From the IMG/VR virus record IMGVR_UViG_3300020030_000229, positions 1 to 5,136 of that record: a DNA stretch of 5,136 nucleotides, one strand, 5' to 3'. Positions 1-4,582 of this stretch are shown here, in pieces. The stretch's first letter is position 1. Each line of letters starts with the position of its first letter. The notes below the pieces were generated by a model. The model saw nothing but the letters and a program-made list of their open reading frames with translations. It did not search any database and was not told the origin of the DNA. This DNA is from a virus. The translations under genes and the position numbers were made by a program.

Positions 1-121
1 GAGGGGAGTTTGACTGCTTATGATGACCGTGCCGCAGATACTCCGGCTTTGTATGCTAATCTCCCTAATGTCTCTAATAGTTTCACTGCTATTATGGATT
101 GGTTCGGAGACACGTTTTTTA
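1..121. repeat. Terminal redundancy, copy 1 (identical to 5016-5136); signature of a circular-genome assembly
   Basis: Direct comparison by eye: gaggggagtttgactgcttatgatgacc...ggagacacgtttttta occurs at both ends in the same orientation, 121/121 identical. Confidence 0.95.
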
Positions 122-339
122 TTGAACGTACTGAGACGGTGCATAAATCCGGGTATACGTCTGAAAGGTATTCCTATAACAGTTCGACCCAACTTATTCA
201 GCTTCCTTATGAGGAAGATTCCACTACTACATCTCAAGTTCTCAACCCGCAGGCTTGCGTTTCTGCTTTGCTTGTTGTCCTTGTCTTTGTCACTACTGTT
301 ACTTGGATTAAAAACGCGATTTGGGGGCGCATGAGCTAA
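1..339 (+). CDS. 3' part of the same wrap-around gene (continuation of 4743..5015); ends at TAA 337-339
   Basis: Frame 1 from nt 1 (gag ggg agt ttg act...) equals the track ORF 10..339. The track's TTG start at 10 is an artefact of linearisation. The C-terminus ACVSALLVVLVFVTTVTWIKNAIWGRMS is a single TM helix followed by basic residues. Confidence 0.75.
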   Translation, partial: EGSLTAYDDRAADTPALYANLPNVSNSFTAIMDWFGDTFFIERTETVHKSGYTSERYSYNSSTQLIQLPYEEDSTTTSQVLNPQACVSALLVVLVFVTTVTWIKNAIWGRMS

Positions 340-452
340 TGGATGTTCTTCCTTTGCAGTATTGTTTCGGTATTTTCTCTGTACCCGAAATTGGCTATTT
401 TATTATCTTCGCCGCTGTTTTCTCTATGTTGGTTCTCCTGTTCCGTCCGTGA
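339..452 (+). CDS. 37-aa hydrophobic protein (pVII/pIX-like small virion or membrane protein candidate)
   Basis: The ATG at 339 overlaps the upstream TAA (TAATG). Hand translation gives MDVLPLQYCFGIFSVPEIGYFIIFAAVFSMLVLLFRP, ending at TGA 450-452. It is below the size cutoff of the ORF track. The rival frame 343..540 gives a Cys/Phe-rich sequence that does not look protein-like. Confidence 0.45.
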   Translation: MDVLPLQYCFGIFSVPEIGYFIIFAAVFSMLVLLFRP

Positions 453-553
453 CAGGTGCCATAAATATTTCTATGAAAGGATGATGACTTCAGGGCGCTT
501 CTTCTTCTATTCTCGCAACGCTGCTTTCCTTGGTCGGTGAGTTTTTCACCTCG

Positions 554-682
554 ATGATTACTTGGATGGGTCAGCTCATTGATTTCTATGAGTCTCAGCC
601 AATTCTCCTCGTCTTCGTGATTCTCACTATTGCGGGCATCGTTCTCCGTGTTCTTCGCCGCTGGATTCCCGGCCGTAGTTAA
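554..682 (+). CDS. 42-aa major-coat-protein candidate (Pf3-style, no leader); start codon uncertain
   Basis: Hand translation gives MITWMGQLIDFYESQPILLVFVILTIAGIVLRVLRRWIPGRS. It has an acidic N-terminus (D, E), a roughly 16-residue hydrophobic helix and a basic C-terminus (R, RR, R), which is the classic inovirus coat layout. Stop is TAA 680-682, followed at once by an intrinsic terminator, as after gene VIII in Ff. Only a weak GGTGAG lies 12 nt upstream of the ATG at 554. The frame stays open back to 488 with no canonical start (see findings). Confidence 0.5.
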   Translation: MITWMGQLIDFYESQPILLVFVILTIAGIVLRVLRRWIPGRS

Positions 683-688
683 TGGCTA

Positions 689-737
689 GAGAAAACGCCG
701 CCGACCATTTTTAATGGTCGGCGACGTTTTCTCATTT
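689..737 (+). terminator. Long hairpin / intrinsic terminator between the coat-like gene and the assembly ATPase gene
   Basis: 689-709 (GAGAAAACGCCGCCGACCATT) pairs with 713-733 (AATGGTCGGCGACGTTTTCTC). That is a 21-bp stem with one C.A mismatch and a TTT loop. The GC-rich core is flanked by AAAA (692-695) and TTTTCTCATTT (727-737), the architecture of a bidirectional rho-independent terminator. Confidence 0.6.
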
Positions 738-754
738 GGAAAGGATTGTATGTT

Positions 755-1378
755 ATGCTTTATGGTATCCTTATCTTTTGCATTTGCTGGCTTTTTGTTT
801 ATATCGATAACTATTGCAAAAACCCCTATAAGTTGGAAGCTGTTGTTGGTTCAAAAGGCTCTGGCAAGTCTCTGTATATGTCTCGTGTTGCTGATAGGTG
901 GCTTCGTTCTAATAAGGGGCTTATCTATAGTAATATGGGTATTGGTTATGAGTTAGAGCCGGAATATTGGAAACAGACCTTTGTCCCTGATTCCCTTATT
1001 CTTATTGATGAGATAGGCGTTTTGCACTCTAACCGTGATTTTAAGACTATGCCCCGAGATGCAGTTGAGTTTTTCAAAATGCAGCGTAAGTATCACCTTA
1101 CGATTATTGTATCGTCTCAGACTATGGATTTTGACAAAAAAATTCGTGATCTCTGCGACCGTATTTACCTTTGTAACCGCATTGGCTGGTTCTGTCGTCT
1201 CACTCCTTATCGCTCCTGCATTGCTATGGAACATCGCCCCGAGGGAGGACAAGAGCTTGTCAACACGGTGCGCAAGGCAGGGCGGGCACGGTGGTATACC
1301 ATTCCCAAGTCCGTGAAGCGGGTCAGTGCCTTAGAATACGATACAGAGCAGGTTATTAGCAAGTCCCCTTCCAAGTAA
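755..1378 (+). CDS. Zot / pI-like P-loop NTPase (filamentous-phage assembly ATPase), short form with an N-terminal hydrophobic segment
   Basis: Walker A is GSKGSGKS and Walker B is LILIDE(IG), with spacing as in the Zot/gene I family. The in-frame ATG at 755 lies 9 nt after GGAAAGGA (738-745). The track's start at 746 is a TTG too close to that Shine-Dalgarno. The N-terminus MLYGILIFCICWLFVYI is hydrophobic. Stop is TAA 1376-1378. Confidence 0.8.
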   Translation: MLYGILIFCICWLFVYIDNYCKNPYKLEAVVGSKGSGKSLYMSRVADRWLRSNKGLIYSNMGIGYELEPEYWKQTFVPDSLILIDEIGVLHSNRDFKTMPRDAVEFFKMQRKYHLTIIVSSQTMDFDKKIRDLCDRIYLCNRIGWFCRLTPYRSCIAMEHRPEGGQELVNTVRKAGRARWYTIPKSVKRVSALEYDTEQVISKSPSK

Positions 1379-1385
1379 AAAAAAA

Positions 1386-1435
1386 CTTCCCCCCGTGCCC
1401 TTTAGGGTTAGGGGGGTTGTTTTTTTTATTTTTTT
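1386..1435 (+). terminator. Rho-independent terminator after the ATPase gene (bidirectional architecture)
   Basis: CCCCCC (1389-1394) pairs with GGGGGG (1411-1416). There is an inner CCCT/AGGG helix and a 3x3 internal loop. An A-run (1377-1385) precedes it and TTGTTTTTTTTATTTTTTT follows. Confidence 0.7.
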
Positions 1436-1470
1436 AAAATCTCGAGAAATTTTTGATTTTTTGGGGAAAC

Positions 1471-1641
1471 TTCGCAGGCAGTTGCCACGTTTAGTCACGC
1501 GATAGCGTCTCCACCGCGTCCCCCGTCTCCGCAAGGGCAAAGCCCTTGCCCTTCCAAAACATGCTGGTAGGGGCTTCCGACATGTAGTGTCTGCCGTGAC
1601 GGCGGGAGCCGGTGGGCGTGCGTGTAATACGCCCACCTTTT
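1471..1641 (+). other. GC-rich, hairpin-dense, ORF-free intergenic island: candidate replication origin(s) and packaging signal, and/or a structured small RNA
   Basis: Hand count gives 105 G+C in 170 nt (62%), set in an otherwise T-rich genome. Hairpins: GCAAGGGC-AAA-GCCCTTGC (1531-1549, 8 bp perfect); CTGCCG-TGA-CGGCGG (1591-1605); GGTGGGCGT-(9 nt)-ACGCCCACC (1611-1637, 9 bp perfect). CGTCTCC occurs as a direct repeat at 1506-1512 and 1524-1530. No + strand ORF longer than 8 codons starts at an ATG here. Confidence 0.55.
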
Positions 1642-1650
1642 ATTAATTTT
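1611..1650 (+). terminator. Strong terminator-like hairpin at the 3' edge of the GC island
   Basis: A 9-bp perfect GC-rich stem (1611-1619 / 1629-1637) has a 9-nt loop GCGTGTAAT and is followed by TTTTATTAATTTT. The T-tract is on the + strand side only. Confidence 0.6.
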
Positions 1651-1653
1651 CTC

Positions 1654-1682
1654 TTGACAGCTCCTTCATATTGTGGTAACAT
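1654..1682 (+). promoter_or_regulatory. Near-consensus sigma70-type promoter for the rep-ssb operon
   Basis: TTGACA (1654-1659), a 17-nt spacer, then an extended -10 TGgTAACAT (TG at 1674-1675, hexamer at 1677-1682). The predicted transcription start is near 1689. Confidence 0.65.
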
Positions 1683-1715
1683 TTAGCCATGGAAATGAAA
1701 GGTGGTTTTTTTCAT

Positions 1716-2852
1716 ATGAAAACGGTTGTTAAGCTTGATTATGCTACGTTCGCTTTTGAGCATGGTTCAATTTCTATTTCCGAAATCGAAGATGCTCTTG
1801 CTCAGTGCGACTTACATTTTTCGCAGACTTCCAACGCAAGTGAGAATTCCCCATACAATTCCCCTGCGGGCCTTTTCTTTAAGCCGAACAACGGCGCGAA
1901 ACAGTCTCCGCACTCCTTGCAAGTGTCTGGTTATGGTTGTGAGCTTTTCCGTCCCACATTGCCGCGTCTCGCGTCACTGATGCAGGATGGTCATGAATTT
2001 GGCCACTTTTCCCGTCTTGATTTTTGTTTTGATGTTGTTATGACTAAGCAACGTTGGCGCGAGTTCTATTTAGGTGTTATTTCTGCTTCTGTCGATGAAA
2101 TGAATTACCCTGAAAAAGCCCGTAAGGTTCGCAAGTTCATGTATCAAGGTTATGGTGATTCTACTACTGTTTATATCGGTCGTAGAACTTCATCAGCGGT
2201 TTTCTGCCGTATCTATAATAAATCTTTGCAAGACCCTGAAAAGAAGCTCTGTACGGCTTCTGGTGAGTTTCTGGATTGTCCTGATGATTCCTATATTATT
2301 CGTTACGAGATTGAATTTAAATTTACTTCGCGTGTACGTTCTGGTTCTCGTTCCGTCTATGACCCGTCTCCGCTTTTCTGGTTTTATTATGAAGACCCTG
2401 AAAAGCTTTTCTCCTATCTCCGTAAAGTCTGGAATCGTTACGGAAATGATATTCTTCTTCCCGATGGTTGGGAAGATATGCAGTTCGTGACTGATATTGA
2501 TGCGCGCGGAATTCATTACACTGATGACTTTTTGCATCCCCTTAGTGATGATCTTGCTAAGAAATTTTCCGTTTCTATCCATACCGAAGAACAAAAGATG
2601 TCTTATGTCGTAAATATTTTTGGTCATCGTATCATTGATATTTTGCTTTATCGTCCTGAGTTGCTTTTCCTCGCTTGTTGCAAGTGGGAGCAGTTCTATA
2701 ATGAGCGTCTTCCGTTCTCACCTCTTGCGCTTGCACAGGAAGTCGCCCAGTTCTCTGAATCCTCGCGCATTGCCGTTGAGGAATTCCATGAAGTTGCTGA
2801 TGACCCTTCTCCCTTTAGTGAAGTCGGGTTTGATGATATATCTTTATTCTAA
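1716..2852 (+). CDS. Rolling-circle replication initiator, Rep_trans-like family (pT181 RepC / phage replication initiation factor type)
   Basis: Motifs recalled from the Rep_trans family appear in order: N-terminal KLDYATFAF, SLQVSGYGCELF, FSRLDFCFDV, VYIGRRTSSAVFCRIYNK and IIRYEIEFK. AAAGGTGG (1698-1705) lies 10 nt before the ATG at 1716. The ATG at 1689 opening the track ORF sits at the predicted transcription start and would be leaderless. Stop is TAA 2850-2852. Confidence 0.8.
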   Translation: MKTVVKLDYATFAFEHGSISISEIEDALAQCDLHFSQTSNASENSPYNSPAGLFFKPNNGAKQSPHSLQVSGYGCELFRPTLPRLASLMQDGHEFGHFSRLDFCFDVVMTKQRWREFYLGVISASVDEMNYPEKARKVRKFMYQGYGDSTTVYIGRRTSSAVFCRIYNKSLQDPEKKLCTASGEFLDCPDDSYIIRYEIEFKFTSRVRSGSRSVYDPSPLFWFYYEDPEKLFSYLRKVWNRYGNDILLPDGWEDMQFVTDIDARGIHYTDDFLHPLSDDLAKKFSVSIHTEEQKMSYVVNIFGHRIIDILLYRPELLFLACCKWEQFYNERLPFSPLALAQEVAQFSESSRIAVEEFHEVADDPSPFSEVGFDDISLF

Positions 2853-2870
2853 TGAAAGGATGGTCGCTTT

Positions 2871-3113
2871 ATGAAAGTTACTGTAGTTGGTAAGTCCCGC
2901 CGCGCTGGTACATCTAAGCAGGGTAAAGACTACGATTTTACTACTATCATGGCCGAATATTCGATGCGTGCAAACGATGACAATGATGGCGTGCAGGTTG
3001 ATAGAATCAATGTCGATGCTCGCATGATGCCGTATGCGCTCATTGTCGTCGGCACTACGTATGACCTTGACTTTGACCGCAACGGATATCTCCTTGGAAT
3101 CGAGGAAGTCTAA
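2871..3113 (+). CDS. Gene-V-like ssDNA-binding protein (80 aa)
   Basis: Its size and position directly after rep match gene V. The N-terminal MKVTVVGKSRRAGTSKQGKDYDF resembles Ff g5p ...TTRSGVSRQGKPYSL (shared G-S-QGK-Y pattern, from memory). AAAGGA (2855-2860) lies 10 nt upstream of the ATG. Confidence 0.65.
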   Translation: MKVTVVGKSRRAGTSKQGKDYDFTTIMAEYSMRANDDNDGVQVDRINVDARMMPYALIVVGTTYDLDFDRNGYLLGIEEV

Positions 3114-3148
3114 CTTCCTTTGTTCAAACCCAATTTCATTTCCTATGG

Positions 3149-3168
3149 GAGAGCGGTTCGCCGCTCTC
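3149..3168 (+). other. Perfect 8-bp hairpin with a TTCG (UUCG) tetraloop, 4 nt upstream of the tRNA
   Basis: GAGAGCGG-TTCG-CCGCTCTC. No T-tract follows, so it is not a canonical terminator. Confidence 0.6.
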
Positions 3169-3172
3169 ACAT

Positions 3173-3246
3173 GGCGGGGTAGTGCAATGGTCGCATGTCA
3201 CACTCTGAATGTGAAGCTGCTGGTTCGAATCCAGACCCCGCAACCA
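3173..3246 (+). tRNA. trnQ: tRNA-Gln (anticodon CUG), 74 nt, with genomically encoded CCA
   Basis: Hand-folded cloverleaf:
- Acceptor stem GGCGGGG / CCCCGCA, with G1.A72 unpaired.
- Positions 8-9 are TA.
- D stem GTGC / GCAT, with D loop AATGGTC containing GG.
- Anticodon stem TCACA / TGTGA, perfect, with loop C-T-CTG-A-A (U33 and purine 37 present).
- Variable region AGCT.
- T stem GCTGG / CCAGA, with position 49-65 G.A, and canonical T loop TTCGAAT.
- Discriminator A, then CCA. Confidence 0.85.
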
Positions 3247-3293
3247 AAACGGACTGACCTCCGTTATTCGATGTCGCGAAAGGTGGTGGCGAA

Positions 3294-4454
3294 GTGAAGA
3301 TGAAGCATCGGTGCTTGTTTAAGCGCTTCGCCGCCCTTGTCGCGGTACTGATGCTTTGTGCGTCTCTATGTGTACCTTGTTTTGCGTCAAACAATGCTTC
3401 TTCTCAAAAATGGGTCATTACTGAGCAGAAACAGTTTGCAAATGAATCTGGAACACAGTCTACTTATTTTCATGTCTCTCCATATGTCAATGGTGAGCTT
3501 TATCGCACTCGCTTTATTACGGAATGTTCTTCGATTGAATCTACTGTTTCTTTTAGCTATTATGATTGGTGGTCTCTTCCTGTAAATTACCCCGATTGGT
3601 GGCGCGCTCCTCTTCCTCTTGGTTCTCGCTCTTATATTCAGGTTGATTCCCCTCGTGTTGTCGATTGGGCTCGCACTGTTGGCTCTGATTATACTAGAGG
3701 CGAAACCCTTGACGGTACTCTTGAGTTTCTTTTAGTTAATCCGGATTATGGTTTTTCTGTTTCTCGTTCCTATACTTCCTCTGCTATGACTTTGTCTCAG
3801 GATCTTTTATTGTATCCTATTGATACTATGTCTCATGTTGAACTGACTAACGGTGCTACTCATACTCGTTCTTTAGCTAATGGTATTCGGTTTCCTAATA
3901 TCTCTTCTGATCTTAATCAGTCTGGAACAATGGCTATTGAATCTTTCTCGCAAGTAATTATGGGGTTTAATCCGTATTATTCGGCTGCGAATGAAACCCT
4001 TAATTTTTCTCTTCGTGCTATGAATGTCCTTTATAACGCCTCTTCTGATTCTCTTATTCTTTTTGTTTCTTATCCATCTTGGCACACTTATGATGCTCCT
4101 GGCAAGTATCATCTTGAAGCTACTGCTGTTGTTTCTTATTGGATTGATGCTAATAAGTTGCCAGCTGGACTTTCTGTTGGTGACGAGTTTCCCGCTAATA
4201 ATGATGCTTTTGAGAACCTCCGCGAAGATCTTCTCAAACAGTTCCCAGAAGCGTCTGATAAAGTCGAAACAGGAAAGGCTACTATTGAGGGTTGGAACGA
4301 TACTGAAACTGTTGATACTGACGTTGCATCTACCTCTATTTCGGCTCTCAATGCCTTGTTTCAGAATCTTGGCGGGTTCCTCTTCATAGTTTCTCTCATG
4401 GTTTTCGGTGCTGTTGTGCTCCGTATGTTGATTCGAAAGGCGGTCGACGGATGA
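3294..4454 (+). CDS. pIII-like minor coat / adsorption protein candidate (secreted, C-terminally membrane-anchored, 386 aa)
   Basis: The N-terminal signal peptide has a basic n-region (KMKHRCLFKR), a hydrophobic core (FAALVAVLMLCASLCV) and a CFA/S cleavage-like site. The C-terminal TM plus basic tail is LGGFLFIVSLMVFGAVVLRMLIRKAVDG. This is the topology of inovirus pIII. AAAGGTGG (3279-3286) lies 7 nt before the GTG at 3294 and 13 nt before the in-frame ATG at 3300, so either could be the start. Confidence 0.65.
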   Translation: MKMKHRCLFKRFAALVAVLMLCASLCVPCFASNNASSQKWVITEQKQFANESGTQSTYFHVSPYVNGELYRTRFITECSSIESTVSFSYYDWWSLPVNYPDWWRAPLPLGSRSYIQVDSPRVVDWARTVGSDYTRGETLDGTLEFLLVNPDYGFSVSRSYTSSAMTLSQDLLLYPIDTMSHVELTNGATHTRSLANGIRFPNISSDLNQSGTMAIESFSQVIMGFNPYYSAANETLNFSLRAMNVLYNASSDSLILFVSYPSWHTYDAPGKYHLEATAVVSYWIDANKLPAGLSVGDEFPANNDAFENLREDLLKQFPEASDKVETGKATIEGWNDTETVDTDVASTSISALNALFQNLGGFLFIVSLMVFGAVVLRMLIRKAVDG

Positions 4455-4582
4455 CTTTTCTTGATTTTTTTAAATCAGTTTTCGGCCTTTTCGGTTCTGG
4501 TGGTGCTCTCGTTATTGCCGTTGTTGTTTTCCTTGTCGGCCTCGGTATTTATAAGTTCGTAAAGGATTGGTTGCCATGGTAG
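4451..4582 (+). CDS. 43-aa single-TM protein (second coat-like, or pVI-like, candidate)
   Basis: The ATG at 4451 overlaps the upstream TGA (ATGA). AAAGG (4436-4440) lies 10 nt upstream. Hand translation gives MTFLDFFKSVFGLFGSGGALVIAVVVFLVGLGIYKFVKDWLPW, ending at TAG 4580-4582. It is below the ORF-track size cutoff. Confidence 0.55.
   Translation: MTFLDFFKSVFGLFGSGGALVIAVVVFLVGLGIYKFVKDWLPW

Noticed and set aside
1-121. The terminal direct repeat as an LTR, an att site duplication or a tandem repeat
   Set aside because: It is exactly as long as the overlap needed to close one reading frame, lies wholly within coding sequence and has no flanking sequence beyond it. It is a circular-assembly overlap.
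473-490. TGA read as a sense codon (genetic code 4 or 25), suggested by ATG AAA GGA TGA TGA in frame with the coat-like ORF
   Set aside because: TGA ends three genes exactly at coupled overlaps (ATGA at 4451-4454, TGATG at 4741-4745, and 450-452). The long genes (rep, ATPase, pIII-like) contain no in-frame TGA and encode Trp with TGG. The resident tRNA has anticodon CUG, not UCA. The standard code fits the whole genome.
1617-1650. A dif-like XerCD site (CGTGCGTGTAA resembles the XerC arm GGTGCGCATAA, 8/11)
   Set aside because: No acceptable XerD arm follows at the correct 6-7 nt spacing. The best candidate, TTATTAATTTT, matches TTATGTTAAAT at about 6/11 and is misplaced. The host dif sequence is also unknown. 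The resemblance is within chance for a GC-rich hairpin.
2279-2800. CTGATGA strings (near 2279, 2520 and 2796) as hammerhead ribozyme cores
   Set aside because: I could not find a correctly spaced GAAA element or flanking helices I-III. All occurrences are inside the rep reading frame, where they encode ordinary residues such as P-D-D and T-D-D.
3120-3149. A dedicated promoter for the tRNA (TTGTTC, 18-nt spacer, TATGGG)
   Set aside because: The -10 matches only TAT and lacks the conserved final T, and the -35 is 4/6. This is too weak to call. Co-transcription with rep-ssb is simpler.
3173-3246. The tRNA as a suppressor or initiator tRNA, because of the 1-72 mismatch
   Set aside because: The anticodon reads unambiguously as CTG (Gln, codon CAG) in a perfect 5-bp stem with a 7-nt loop. 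It is neither CUA/UCA/UUA nor CAU. The three consecutive G-C pairs at the base of the anticodon stem that are typical of initiator tRNA are absent.
953-4351. All minus-strand ORFs in the track (953..1252, 1331..1636, 1491..1682, 2193..2627, 2844..3170, 3167..3394, 3873..4112, 4136..4351)
   Set aside because: Each lies antisense to a well-supported + strand gene, the tRNA or the terminators. None has a Shine-Dalgarno motif; for example, upstream of the minus ATG at 1682 the sequence is CCTTTCATTTCCATGGCTAA. Their translations are Arg/Lys/Ile-rich and low in complexity, as expected from reading a T-rich strand in reverse. ORF 1491..1682 was considered as a small regulator in the GC island, but it has no recognisable HTH, RBS or promoter.
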